Assembly (NCBI GenBank): GCA_963769285.1 | Contig: CAVYLE010000005.1 | Coordinates: 115,235-179,234, forward strand | Direction: 5' to 3' | Source of the DNA: an uncultured Verrucomicrobiae bacterium | GTDB taxonomy: Bacteria > Verrucomicrobiota > Verrucomicrobiia > Limisphaerales > UBA11358 | Length of the DNA: 64,000 nucleotides | Shown here: positions 21,601 through 31,294 of the stretch, in pieces | How positions within the stretch are numbered: position 1 is the first letter of the stretch | How the letters are laid out: each line of letters begins with the position of its first letter | The notes under the pieces: generated by a model | Database searches by the model: none | What the model saw: only the letters and a program-made list of their open reading frames with translations | Told to the model about the DNA's origin: nothing | Translations under genes and position numbers: made by a program

Positions 21601-23258
21601 CGCTGGTCATCAACACCGACAACAGCTACACAGGTCGCACCGTCATCGGCGCCGGCGTGCTGGAGGTGAACGACCTGTCCGTGGCCGGCTCACCCGGCCC
21701 GCTCGGTTCCGCGCCGAACACAAGTCCGACGAACCTGGTGATTGGCGACGGGGCGACGTGGCGCATCAACGCCACGCAGGCTTACACTGATCGCGGCGCG
21801 ACGCTGGTGTCCGGCACAAACACGGTGGATGTGCCGGCTTACAGCGCGCTCGCCAATTGCAGCGGCCTCGTCACCGGCGGCGGCACCCTGCAAAAAATCG
21901 GCCAGGGCACGCTTATCCTCGGCGCCAGCAACAGTTACAGCGGCGGCACCCTCATCAAGACTGGCGTGGTCCAGCTGGCCACGGAAGCGGCCAACACCTA
22001 CGGTTTTGGCACCGGCCTGGTGACGCTGGACGGCGGTATTTTGAAGATGCTTGACGACAGCAGCACCTATAGCACGGCCAGTTACAACCTTTATGTGCCG
22101 GCCAATTCCGCCGGTGAACTTGATTGCGACAGCCGCATTGACTTTTTCGGTTCGCTCACCGGCGGCGGCACTCTGAAAATGTGCATTCCGTATGTGCGCA
22201 CGACGCTTTACGGCAACTGGTCGGCATTCGCCGGCAAAATCAACGTGCTGCCCGGCAGCGCCGGTGACTCGCGCACCGGCGGCACCGGCACCAACGGCGA
22301 TTTCCGCATCAGCAATGCCTACGGCTATGGCAACGCCGCAATTTACCTCACCAACTGGATGTATGCCTATCATACCTCGGGCAATACCACGGTCGCCGTC
22401 GGCGAACTTTCCGGCGCACCCAATTCGTTTCTCACCTCCGGGTCATGGCAGGTGGGCGCCAAAAACACCGACGCCATCTTCGCCGGGACGATCAAAAGCA
22501 ATTCCATCACCAAAGTCGGGACGGGCACCTGGACGCTGACCGGCACCAACACTTACTCCGGCACGACGACCGTCAGCGCCGGCACCCTGCTCGTCAACGG
22601 CAACCAAATCGCCGCCACCAACACCGTCACCGTTGCTTCGGGCGCCACCCTCGGGGGCACCGGTATCCTCGGCGGCGCCATCACGGTGAACGGCAAGCTT
22701 TCGCCAGGCAGCAATGCCATCGGCACGTTGACGTTTACCAACAAAGTCACCCTCAACTCCGGCGGCACGTTATTCATCGAAATCAGCAAATCGGCCAAGA
22801 CCAACGACGTGTTGCGCGTCCTTCCTGGCCGGTTGACCTATGGCGGCACCTTGAGCGTGACCAATCTCACCGGCACGCTCACCAACAGCGACAGTTTCAA
22901 GATTCTTGACGCGACCAACTACACCAGCACCTTTGCCACGTTGGCTCTGCCGGCGCTAAACCGCGGTTTGGGCTGGAACACCAACGCGCTTTACACCAAC
23001 GGCACGTTGTCGGTGATGGCCGTCATGGCGCCGCATATCAACTTTGTCGGGCTGGTGGGAACCAACCTGGTCCTGAGCGGCGATGGCGGCATGGTGAGTT
23101 CAAATTATTATGTGCTGGCCTCGACCAATCTGATCCTGCCGCTGGCGCAATGGACGCCGATCGCGACCAATCAATTCCTTACGGGTGGCATTTTCAATTT
23201 CACCAACGGCGTCAGTTCCGGCCCGCCTTGGAGATTTTATCAAATCCAGGTACCGTAA
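18624..23258 (+). CDS. PL11 rhamnogalacturonan lyase (YesW/YesX-like) with autotransporter-associated beta-strand repeats
   Basis: QRQMETLGRGVVA, VGDLDGDGEYD, HGDRFH, GDILGDWREE; repeated LTK.G.G.L.L...NTYSG.T motifs; start uncertain. Confidence 0.88.
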   Translation: MTKSLFAGSGKNARRTVVNNHIKFKPCLFPSGTATRLVLLLGAMILAVSEAEAQRQMETLGRGVVAVRTGTSSAYIGWRLLATDAESIGFNVLRSTNGSAPAQINSTLITNTTDYTDTTANFAYSNAWFIQPVVGSVTQALSAPWGQPANAVIGQYVSIPLHNPGGAAPPYDVKYCWVGDLDGDGEYDFVVDRMSTTVATNEFLQAYKRDGTFLWQMDMGYNSTNQYNIEPGASAISIGDKDDVTVYDLDGDGRAEVCVRTARGVILPDGSTITGADDTNQFLSILDGLTGKELARTAITNLWPADGPLSFRFAIMYCDGVRPSLLMEGENRHGSGAFQRESMTYDYRGGQLTRRWFFAYPADANLAWSHQLRIADVNHDGIDEVVEIGSVRNGTDGTTLFDTELLHGDRFHTTDMDPNRPGLETYSIQQLNPTLLAAMLYEGGTGKIIKKWYAPNVVDVGRGDALDMDPRYKGVEVFSTQPGIYDCKGNFISNSVAPFPTLGIWWDADLQREMFSAADGNGYNPVINKWNYANNSADRMYSIYKEGVHTAYGGRPAFFGDILGDWREEFIVISNDYSSMRIYTTTIPATNRLYCLMQNPEYRDQCTAKGYYQESYPDYYLGEQMLPPPLPPVSNAKLVWRGGASSTWDTSTANWYTNNLWISNDTAVAFSAGDTVLFDISGSNSAAINLTGTFSPGAVTINSPKDYVFGGGGALISTMTLTKAGAGRLIFNNTNTYSGRTLICESPFLVNGALSNSPVTIRGGVWLDGRLGGSGVVAAAVTCEPNGGISPGSGTNAPGTLTIAGSLTLSNSLNDFDLSDDATGTTKTNDLLAVTGNVTLFSTNTLTIHPLNATLPPGIYPLINYSGALSGGLSNFTVAGLDGIPLALTNPAGQIALVVKSVRSPASLVWAGGQNGNVWDLVTTSNFLNGAARNFFVPQDSVTFDDSGGANTNVNLSGTLVVSNLVVSSASNYVFGGSGGSGGGGLTKTNSGTLVINTDNSYTGRTVIGAGVLEVNDLSVAGSPGPLGSAPNTSPTNLVIGDGATWRINATQAYTDRGATLVSGTNTVDVPAYSALANCSGLVTGGGTLQKIGQGTLILGASNSYSGGTLIKTGVVQLATEAANTYGFGTGLVTLDGGILKMLDDSSTYSTASYNLYVPANSAGELDCDSRIDFFGSLTGGGTLKMCIPYVRTTLYGNWSAFAGKINVLPGSAGDSRTGGTGTNGDFRISNAYGYGNAAIYLTNWMYAYHTSGNTTVAVGELSGAPNSFLTSGSWQVGAKNTDAIFAGTIKSNSITKVGTGTWTLTGTNTYSGTTTVSAGTLLVNGNQIAATNTVTVASGATLGGTGILGGAITVNGKLSPGSNAIGTLTFTNKVTLNSGGTLFIEISKSAKTNDVLRVLPGRLTYGGTLSVTNLTGTLTNSDSFKILDATNYTSTFATLALPALNRGLGWNTNALYTNGTLSVMAVMAPHINFVGLVGTNLVLSGDGGMVSSNYYVLASTNLILPLAQWTPIATNQFLTGGIFNFTNGVSSGPPWRFYQIQVP
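23040..23222 (+). repeat. 183-bp near-identical repeat encoding the C-terminal domain shared by the two PL11 genes (other copy 27721-27903)
   Basis: GGGCTGGTGGGAACCAACCTGGTCCTGAGCGGC and ACCAATCAATTCCTTACGGGTGGCATTTTCAATTTCACCAACGGCGTCAGTTCCGGC occur in both. Confidence 0.85.
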
Positions 23259-23274
23259 ACCGACTGCAACGCAC

Positions 23275-26200
23275 ATGACCTATAGCCATATTCGACCCGG
23301 ACTGGCCGTCCTGACCGCGGCGGCTTGTCTGCTCGCAACCAATGTCCAGGCCCAGCGCCAGATGGAGAAACTGGGCCGGGGCGTCGTCGCCCTGCGCACC
23401 AACAGCAGCTCGGTGTATGTGGGCTGGCGGATGTTGGGGACTGATCCGGACGACATCGGGTTCAATCTCTACCGCATGACCAACGGCGGCACGGCGGTAA
23501 AGGTCAACAGCTCGCCCATTACCAACTCGTGCAACTACGTGGACACCGGTGCGACGCTGACGGTGAGCAATTACTGGTTCGTGCGTCCGGTCACCAACGG
23601 CGTCGAATGGGCCGCCAGCAGCGCGTTCCTGCTGCCGTCCAATTCGCCGGTGCAACAATATCTTTCCATTCCGCTGCAAATCCCGCCGGGCGGCACCACG
23701 CCGGACGGCGTTGTTTACACCTACAGCGCGAACGATTGCAGCGTGGGCGACCTCGACGGCGACGGCGAATACGAGATCGTGGTAAAATGGGATCCGTCGA
23801 ACTCCAAGGACAATTCTCAAAGCGGCTACACCGGCGACGTGTATCTGGACGCCTACAAGTTGGATGGCACCCGGCTGTGGCGGATTGATCTCGGCAAAAA
23901 CATCCGCGCCGGCGCACACTACACCCAGTTCATGGTTTATGACTTGGACGGCGACGGCAAAGCCGAGGTGGCCTGCAAGACCGCTCCGGGCACCGTGGAT
24001 GGACAGACCAACAATGTGATCATGTCCGGCGACGATCCCACGGCCGACTATCGGAATTCCAGCGGTTACATCCTGTCCGGGCCGGAATATCTGACGATTT
24101 TCAACGGGCAGACCGGCGCGGCGATGGTCACCACAAATTATTGGCCGCCGCGCGGCGACGTCAGCAGTTGGGGCGACAGCTACGGCAACCGCGTGGACCG
24201 TTTCCTTGCCTGTGTGGCGTATCTCGACGGCGTCCGGCCCAGTCTCGTGATGTGCCGGGGCTACTATACCCGCACGGTGCTGGCGGCCTGGGACTGGCGC
24301 AACGGCCAGTTGACGCAACGCTGGGTTTTCGACACCACCAACGGTTACAGCAGCTACATGGGGCAGGGAAATCACAACCTGAGTGTGGGCGACGTGGACG
24401 GTGACGGAAAAGATGAAATCGTTTATGGCGCCTGCGCGATCAACCACGATGGCACCGGGCTATACACCACCGGCTGGGGGCATGGGGACGCAATGCACCT
24501 GTCCGACATGGACCCGGACCGGCCGGGGCTGGAGGTGTGGGACGTGCATGAAACCCCGAACCCCACCTGCGGTGGCGGAGAATTCCGTGACGCCCGGACC
24601 GGCCAGTTGCTGTTCGGCTACCCGGGCACCTCCGACACCGGGCGCGGTCTGGCTTCGCACATTGACCCGGCGTATCCGGGTTATCAAATGTGGTCCTCCG
24701 CCACCGATGGCACCTATAACCATACCGGTACAAAGATCTCTTCCAGCAAACCATCGGTCAATTTTGCCATCTGGTGGAATGCCAGTTTAAGCCGGGATGT
24801 GCTGGACGGCAGCAACAACGACGGCGGTTCCACCGGCTCGCCGCACATTGACCGGTGGACCGGGAGCGGCACCGTCACCGAGCTTTCCGCCACCGGCTGT
24901 TATGCCAACAACTCCACCAAGGCCACGCCCGCGCTGACGGCGGACATCCTGGGCGACTGGCGGGAGGAGGCAATCTGGCGGACGGCGGACAGCAGCGCGC
25001 TGCGCATTTACATTTCGACGGCCGTGGCGACGAACCGGTTCTACACGCTCATGCACGACCCGCAATACCGGCTCTCCATCGCGTGGCAGAACGTGGCCTA
25101 TAACCAGCCGCCGCACACCGGTTTTTACATCGGCGAAACCATGTCGCCGCCGCCGCGCGCCCCCATTTCGGACGCGGACCTCGCCTGGTGCGGCGGCAGC
25201 GGTGGCAACGCTTGGGACGTCACCACCACCAGCAACTGGTTTTTCAACGGCATCTGGACGAACAATGCGCTCACGACCTTCGCCCAGGGCAGCTCGGTGC
25301 TGTTCGACCTGCGCGGAGTCACCAATGCCGCGATCAACCTTGCCGGCGCCCTCGCGCCCGCGAAGGTCACGGTGTTTACCTCGACCAATTATACTTTTGC
25401 CGGCGGCGGTTCGCTCACGGGGGCGATGAAGCTCTACAAAACCGGTTCGGGCCGCCTCATTCTCAACAACACCAACACCTACACCGGCGGCACGTTTGTC
25501 AGCGGCGGCTCGTTGTTCGTCAACGGCACGCTGGCCGGGAGCGCGGTGACGGTTGAACGGCGCGGCACCCCCGAAGGACCGTCGCAATTAGGCGGCAATG
25601 GCCGGTTGGGGCAGGGTTTGACCGTCCAAAATGGCTGTACCGTCATTGTCGGCCCCGGCACCAACGCAGCCGGAACGCTCACGGTTTCAAACAACCTCAC
25701 TGAGCTTGGCAATGTGTTGAATCAATTCGACCTCTCCAGCGATCCAACCGGCACAACCAAAACCAATGATCGCGTCAGCATCGTCGGCAATCTGACCCTG
25801 ACCGGCACGAACATCATTGCGATCAACCAGCCCGACGGCTCGCTCGGCACCGGCGTTTATCCGTTGTTCCAATACACCGGCACGCTCACGGGCGGGCTGA
25901 CGAACCTGTCGTTGACCGGCAATTTCCTCCAGTTCGTCACGCTCACCAACCCGCCGGGCGTCATTGGCCTGCTCGCCGTGGTGCCCACCTCGCCTCCGGT
26001 CGCACCGGGCGGCCTGACGGCCACCGCCGTCAGCGCCGTCCAGATCAACCTCCGGTGGACGGACAATTCCACCAACGAGAACGCGTTCCTCGTCGAACGT
26101 TCCACCAACCTGGTCTTTGCGCAGATTGCGTCGCTGCCCGCCGGGACCACCAACTACTCCGACTTCGGCCTGACGCCCGCCACCACCTACTACTACCGGG

Positions 26201-27939
26201 TGCGGGGCATCAATCTGGCCGGCGCATCCGGTTATTCCAACACCAACAGCGCAACGACGCTGGCCGTATCGCCGTCGCTGACCTGGCGCGGGGATGGCAC
26301 CCTGAACGTGTGGGACGTGGCCACGACCGCCAACTGGCTGAACGGCACCAACCTCGGGTTCTATGCCGACACCGCGTTCGTTACGTTCGACAACACCGGC
26401 TCAAACAGCCCCGCAATCAATCTTTCCACCAATCTGTACCCCGGGTCGTTGACGGTCGCGGGTACGAAGAACTACACCTTTAACGGCATGGGCGGGCTGG
26501 CCGGCAACATGACGCTCATAAAGTCCGGCACCAGCACGCTCATCATCAGCACGACCAACACTTTTTCGGGGGGAATCATCATCAGCAACGGCGCGGTGGC
26601 CCTGTCGGGCTCGGCGGCCGGCGGTTACACGGCGAATGCTTATGCGCCCGGTTCCGGAGCCATCACGTTCCGGGGCGGCGGGTTCGCCCTCTACGGCGCC
26701 GGCCTGGCCGACAACACGAGCAGCTACGGCACCTTCACCAATGACCTGATCATTGCCGCGGGCCAGACCGGAACCCTGGCGGCCGGACCACGCCAGACCC
26801 TCGCCAGCAAGGTCACCGGTTCCGGCACGTTGAACTTGTACGTGGATTACGTGCGCGGCGATGTGGGCGGCGACTGGTCCGGTTTCACCGGTCTCCTCAA
26901 TGTCTCGCAAACCACCGGCACGCCGAATTCATCCACCACCGATGATTTCCGCGTATTGACCACGGGCGGTTTCCCCAACGCGCGGCTGAACATCGGCACC
27001 AACATCCTCATGTATTCGCGCGCCGCGGCCGGCAGCACCATCCCCATCGGCGAATTCTCCGGCGCCCCGGGCGCAATCGTCAGCGCCGGCGGCGGTTCCA
27101 GCGCGGGAACGCAATATGCCGTGACCTGGCGCGTCGGCGGGCTGGACACCGACACCACGAACGCCGCGCTCATCCAGGGCACGACTTCGCTGATCAAAGA
27201 AGGGAGCGGCGATTGGACGCTCACCGGCAACAACACTCACTCGGGCACCACAGCAGTCAACGAAGGCGCGCTGCTGGTGAATGGAAATCAGGCAACCGCC
27301 ACCGGCGCCGTCACCGTGGGCGCCAACGGCACGCTGGGCGGAACCGGCATCCTCGGCGGCGCGGTGACGGTGAACAGCGGCGGCGTGCTGGCGCCCGGCG
27401 TCGGCGCCGGAACGCTGACCATCAGCAACAGCCTGACGCTGAGTTCAGGCGCGATGTTGTACTTCGAGCTGGGCGCAACCAACGCGAGCGACAAGGTCGT
27501 TGTCTCCGGCGCGCTGGCCCTGGGCGGAACGCTGAACGTGATTAATCTGGCGGGATTCGGCACGAACACCTACACGCTGTTCACGTATGGCGGCGCGTTG
27601 AGTGGCAGCCTGCCGGCCCTTGGCGTGATGCCGTCGGGTTACCTCTGCAGCATCAACACCAACACAACCGGCCAGGTGAAACTGGTGGTGCAAGCCACTC
27701 CGCCCAATCCGCCCCGCTTCAACTTCGTCGGGCTGGTGGGAACCAACCTGGTCCTGAGCGGCAACAACGGCACGGCAGGTTCAAATTATTATGTGCTGGC
27801 CTCGACGAATCTGACCCGGCCGCTGGCGCAATGGACACCCATTGCGACCAATCAATTCCTTACGGGTGGCATTTTCAATTTCACCAACGGCGTCAGTTCC
27901 GGCACTCCCCAGAGATTTTATCTGCTGCAGTTACAATAA
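23275..27939 (+). CDS. PL11 rhamnogalacturonan lyase (YesW-like) with Fn3 domain and autotransporter-associated beta-strand repeats
   Basis: YSANDCSVGDLDGDGEYEIVVKWDPSNSKDNSQ, NIRAGAHYTQF, GNRVDRFLA, HGDAMH, NVAYNQPPH. Confidence 0.93.
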   Translation: MTYSHIRPGLAVLTAAACLLATNVQAQRQMEKLGRGVVALRTNSSSVYVGWRMLGTDPDDIGFNLYRMTNGGTAVKVNSSPITNSCNYVDTGATLTVSNYWFVRPVTNGVEWAASSAFLLPSNSPVQQYLSIPLQIPPGGTTPDGVVYTYSANDCSVGDLDGDGEYEIVVKWDPSNSKDNSQSGYTGDVYLDAYKLDGTRLWRIDLGKNIRAGAHYTQFMVYDLDGDGKAEVACKTAPGTVDGQTNNVIMSGDDPTADYRNSSGYILSGPEYLTIFNGQTGAAMVTTNYWPPRGDVSSWGDSYGNRVDRFLACVAYLDGVRPSLVMCRGYYTRTVLAAWDWRNGQLTQRWVFDTTNGYSSYMGQGNHNLSVGDVDGDGKDEIVYGACAINHDGTGLYTTGWGHGDAMHLSDMDPDRPGLEVWDVHETPNPTCGGGEFRDARTGQLLFGYPGTSDTGRGLASHIDPAYPGYQMWSSATDGTYNHTGTKISSSKPSVNFAIWWNASLSRDVLDGSNNDGGSTGSPHIDRWTGSGTVTELSATGCYANNSTKATPALTADILGDWREEAIWRTADSSALRIYISTAVATNRFYTLMHDPQYRLSIAWQNVAYNQPPHTGFYIGETMSPPPRAPISDADLAWCGGSGGNAWDVTTTSNWFFNGIWTNNALTTFAQGSSVLFDLRGVTNAAINLAGALAPAKVTVFTSTNYTFAGGGSLTGAMKLYKTGSGRLILNNTNTYTGGTFVSGGSLFVNGTLAGSAVTVERRGTPEGPSQLGGNGRLGQGLTVQNGCTVIVGPGTNAAGTLTVSNNLTELGNVLNQFDLSSDPTGTTKTNDRVSIVGNLTLTGTNIIAINQPDGSLGTGVYPLFQYTGTLTGGLTNLSLTGNFLQFVTLTNPPGVIGLLAVVPTSPPVAPGGLTATAVSAVQINLRWTDNSTNENAFLVERSTNLVFAQIASLPAGTTNYSDFGLTPATTYYYRVRGINLAGASGYSNTNSATTLAVSPSLTWRGDGTLNVWDVATTANWLNGTNLGFYADTAFVTFDNTGSNSPAINLSTNLYPGSLTVAGTKNYTFNGMGGLAGNMTLIKSGTSTLIISTTNTFSGGIIISNGAVALSGSAAGGYTANAYAPGSGAITFRGGGFALYGAGLADNTSSYGTFTNDLIIAAGQTGTLAAGPRQTLASKVTGSGTLNLYVDYVRGDVGGDWSGFTGLLNVSQTTGTPNSSTTDDFRVLTTGGFPNARLNIGTNILMYSRAAAGSTIPIGEFSGAPGAIVSAGGGSSAGTQYAVTWRVGGLDTDTTNAALIQGTTSLIKEGSGDWTLTGNNTHSGTTAVNEGALLVNGNQATATGAVTVGANGTLGGTGILGGAVTVNSGGVLAPGVGAGTLTISNSLTLSSGAMLYFELGATNASDKVVVSGALALGGTLNVINLAGFGTNTYTLFTYGGALSGSLPALGVMPSGYLCSINTNTTGQVKLVVQATPPNPPRFNFVGLVGTNLVLSGNNGTAGSNYYVLASTNLTRPLAQWTPIATNQFLTGGIFNFTNGVSSGTPQRFYLLQLQ

Positions 27940-27996
27940 GATTGGGCATTGACTGCCCCCGATGTCCGGAGGTCCGAACACCATCGGGCAGCAGCC

Positions 27997-28057
27997 AATC
28001 CGGGATTTGTCACCATTTCTGTGGATGGCCGGCCGCTTCCGGATGGTGTAGCTTGAT
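27997..28057 (+). promoter_or_regulatory. Second copy of the shared promoter/operator, upstream of PL4
   Basis: AATCCGGG..TTGTCACCATTTCTGT.GATGGC...GATGGTGTA..TTGAT. Confidence 0.7.
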
Positions 28058-28069
28058 GCATAGATTTTT

Positions 28070-30661
28070 ATGAGTTTTACCAGATGTCATTCCGGTCACG
28101 TCTTCCCACACCTTTTGAAATCCTGCGGAACAGTTTCGCTGCTGATGGCGATGGTCCTTTTGCCGCTGGTTCCCGCTTGGGCGAACAATCCCGGCGGTTT
28201 CACCACGCTGGTCACCACTCCGGTAACCACGGGCACGGAGGCGTTTGGCAGCCGGACGGACCGGTATCTGGACAACGGCATTCTCCACGTGTTGATTGCC
28301 ACCAACGGCAGCGTGGATTCCATCAAGTATCTCAAGCCCGGCTCGGCGGGCACGCCCAAGACCAACGGCACTGAGACCGTCAGCCAGTCGGGTGTGAATT
28401 TCGACAATCACACGGCGATTTATTATTACTGGTATCCCGACGGCAACGGCGACTGCGTTTATTCCAACACCGTCATCGGCAGCACGAACATTGACGTTTA
28501 TTATCTGCGCCCCTTCAGCCAGGCCAACAAGGATCAGGTGATTGCCGATTTGGAGCTGCATTACCTGCTCGGCAAGGGAAATACCGGCCTTTATGCCTAT
28601 CTGGTTGTCCGGCACCCGACGAATTATGTCAGCTACGCCACGAATTTAAGCCTCAGTTTCATCCAGTGTCTCTGGCCGACGGCACATGACGACACCAATT
28701 TCCTCTGCGAAAACTCCTATGTGGACGACGGCGTGAGGTATGGTCTGACCTTGAACGGCGTTTATCAGAAGCGCAACGGCTTGCAGCCGAATTTTTGGGA
28801 CAATTGGCACCAGATTGCGGTCACCAACATCAATATCCCCAAGGAAGTGACGGAATACACCACCGGCGCATTTGCCGGCAGCACGAATGGAAAATACTCC
28901 TACACGTTCGATTATCCCAAGCTGGGCACCTTTGGCATGGCCAGCGACATCAATCAAATCGGACTGTGGTACGTCACCGGCGGCCATGAATACCAGAACA
29001 ACGGCCCGACCGCCTGCGAATACTCCGGCGGCATTGGCGGCATCATCACGTTCGAGCCGCTCATCGCGCACTATGGCAACACGGGACTGACGGTCAGCAG
29101 CAACGCCGACTTCACCATGGTTTACGGGCCGTGGCTGTTTTACATCAACAGCCAGTCCAACGGCGCCGCGTGCTGGCTGGACTCGCAGAATCAGGCGCTG
29201 GCCGAGCAATCGGCCTGGCCTTACGCGTGGCTGACCAACAGCGTTTACCAGGCGAAAAACCAGCGCGCCACCGTCTCCGGCAAACTCGTCATCAGCGATC
29301 CGCTGCGGTCGTCGGCGAACGCCGCCGGCGCGTGGGTGGGTTTCGCCGCGCCCGATTCCGGTTTGGAAAATGATCCCAACGACTGGCAGTGGCAGTCCGA
29401 CGGCTATCAATTCTGGACGCAATGCGCGGCGGACGGTTCCTTCACGCTGCCACCCGTCGCAACGATTTCGCCTTACGGCACCAATGCGACGTATGAACTG
29501 TACGCCTTTTGCGCGGGCACAAATGGTTCCGTTGGTCAATTCCAGACCGGCCCCTTCACGTTTGCATCCGGCACGGTGACAAACCTCGGCACACTGGTCT
29601 GGAACGTGCCGCATCAGGGCAACAGCGTTGCCTGGGAAATCGGTTACCCCGACCGGACGGCTGCTGAATTTCGTCATGGTGATGATTATTCCGTGCCGGG
29701 ATTGTGGCTGGGTTTTTCCAGCGAATTTCCGAATCCGATGACCTACACCATCGGTGTGAGCAGTCCGACCAACGACTGGAATTATGAGCAAGGCGCCTAC
29801 TTTGTGAATGGCGTTGCCTACAACATGGTCTGGAATGTCAAATTCAACCTGACCAATCTTCCGACGAGCGGTAATCTCACGCTCAACACGGCTTGGGCCG
29901 GGGCCTATCAGGCCGCCATCCAGGTCTTTGTAAACGATCCAAACCTGACGGCCCCGGTCGCCGATTTTTATCCGAACATTCCTTATCCCACCGGCGGGAA
30001 TGCGAATTCGCTGATCCGGCAGGGCATCCATGACAAATATGGCATCAACCACACCAATATTTCCGTGGGCAAATTCGTCGTCGGCACCAATACCCTCACG
30101 CTCGTGCAACGCAAAGGTGCCGGCACCACTTCCGGCTATGCGTTTTATGATTATCTGGACCTCGAACTGCCCACGCCCATCGCGCCGCCCGGTTTGAGCG
30201 CCGCGCCCGGCAACGCAAAAGTCACGTTGAGCTGGCAGGCCGCGCCGGGCGTGACCGGTTATAAACTGCAACGCTCGACCACGAACGGCGGGGCCTACAC
30301 GCTGGTTGCCGCCCTCGCGGCCACGAATTACACCGACACGGCGGTGTTGAACGGCACGAATTATTTTTACGTCGTGGCCGCCACCAATTCCAGCGCCGGG
30401 AGTGGCAACTCGCCGCAAGTCAGCGCACGTCCCGTGGCCACCAATTCGCCCCCGCTCAATTTCAGCCTCGGTGGCGGACAAATGTATTTTACCTGGCCAT
30501 CTGACCATACCGGTTGGAGCATGCAGGTTCAGACGAACACGCTGGCGACCGGGCTCGGGACGAACTGGGTGACGCTTGCCGGTTCAAGCAACAACTGTCA
30601 AGTCGCCTTGCTGGTGACTTCCACCAACGGCTGTGTCTTCTTCCGGTTGGTCTATCCTTGA
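28070..30661 (+). CDS. PL4-like rhamnogalacturonan endolyase with Fn3 domain
   Basis: KY, EYQNNGP, HYG, YGPW, AWPYAW, GYQFW, WEIGYPDRTAAEF, DW.Y, YDYLDLE motifs. Confidence 0.8.
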   Translation: MSFTRCHSGHVFPHLLKSCGTVSLLMAMVLLPLVPAWANNPGGFTTLVTTPVTTGTEAFGSRTDRYLDNGILHVLIATNGSVDSIKYLKPGSAGTPKTNGTETVSQSGVNFDNHTAIYYYWYPDGNGDCVYSNTVIGSTNIDVYYLRPFSQANKDQVIADLELHYLLGKGNTGLYAYLVVRHPTNYVSYATNLSLSFIQCLWPTAHDDTNFLCENSYVDDGVRYGLTLNGVYQKRNGLQPNFWDNWHQIAVTNINIPKEVTEYTTGAFAGSTNGKYSYTFDYPKLGTFGMASDINQIGLWYVTGGHEYQNNGPTACEYSGGIGGIITFEPLIAHYGNTGLTVSSNADFTMVYGPWLFYINSQSNGAACWLDSQNQALAEQSAWPYAWLTNSVYQAKNQRATVSGKLVISDPLRSSANAAGAWVGFAAPDSGLENDPNDWQWQSDGYQFWTQCAADGSFTLPPVATISPYGTNATYELYAFCAGTNGSVGQFQTGPFTFASGTVTNLGTLVWNVPHQGNSVAWEIGYPDRTAAEFRHGDDYSVPGLWLGFSSEFPNPMTYTIGVSSPTNDWNYEQGAYFVNGVAYNMVWNVKFNLTNLPTSGNLTLNTAWAGAYQAAIQVFVNDPNLTAPVADFYPNIPYPTGGNANSLIRQGIHDKYGINHTNISVGKFVVGTNTLTLVQRKGAGTTSGYAFYDYLDLELPTPIAPPGLSAAPGNAKVTLSWQAAPGVTGYKLQRSTTNGGAYTLVAALAATNYTDTAVLNGTNYFYVVAATNSSAGSGNSPQVSARPVATNSPPLNFSLGGGQMYFTWPSDHTGWSMQVQTNTLATGLGTNWVTLAGSSNNCQVALLVTSTNGCVFFRLVYP

Positions 30662-30674
30662 GCGGCCGGGATGC

Positions 30675-30733
30675 GTGGCACAGGTCTCCGACCGGTGTGA
30701 TTTTGGGAAACACAGACCGGAGGTCTGTGCCAC
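30675..30733. repeat. REP doublet (inverted pair) downstream of PL4
   Basis: GTGGCACAGGTCTCCGACCGGTGTG ... CACAGACCGGAGGTCTGTGCCAC. Confidence 0.75.
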
Positions 30734-30852
30734 GGCGGAATTCGCGTCCTTACACCTTGTCTGACGGAAATACGTCTCGACACGAAAGAAAGAACCCATA
30801 ACCATTTCCCCGTGATGGCCAATAGCACATCATTTTTGAAGGTTGCTTAACT

Positions 30853-31294
30853 GTTGGGCGGGACAGGCCTAGCTCCTATGGACGCTAAAGAGATAAGAGA
30901 ACTGATGCGGCAGCTTGCCGAAGGTGTCGGTCAGCGAAACATTGCTCTGCGGTGCGACTGCGAGAATCTGGAGACGGTGTACTTAATGGTGGAAGAGGGC
31001 GGTACTGTTCGTGTGACCGACGATCACAGGACATTCCAATACCTAGACGGCGGAACCGATTCGACGTTTGTCCCGGTTGCGAGCCTTGATCTGAGCGCGG
31101 CGCGCCAGATTTGCCAAGAACTTTGCGTGGAGCTGAGGCCCCCTCCGCCGGATGGTTATCCGAGCATAGAGTGCATGCCAAAGTCAGGGGAGCCCATCTC
31201 GGATGTCATCGAGCGGGTGGCAACGGCGATTGACCGCATCTTCAACCTCGCTATGCGTCCGGACCTGAAATGAAGCGAGAGCCCAACAAGGCGC
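30853..31294 (+). mobile_element. Orphan integron gene-cassette-like unit with truncated attC
   Basis: GTTGGGC (GTTRRRY) at 30853-30859 and complementary GCCCAAC (RYYYAAC) at 31281-31287 just after the stop, followed by AAGGCGC. Confidence 0.55.
30878..31273 (+). CDS. Hypothetical protein (weak DUF1828-like VRVTDD motif), atypical codon usage
   Basis: 131 aa ORF filling the cassette-like unit. Confidence 0.6.
   Translation: MDAKEIRELMRQLAEGVGQRNIALRCDCENLETVYLMVEEGGTVRVTDDHRTFQYLDGGTDSTFVPVASLDLSAARQICQELCVELRPPPPDGYPSIECMPKSGEPISDVIERVATAIDRIFNLAMRPDLK

Noticed and set aside
19473..30508. Long antisense ORFs (19473..21365, 23212..24447, 28646..30508 and similar)
   Set aside because: Shadow ORFs expected from high-GC codon bias opposite well-supported genes; no motifs.
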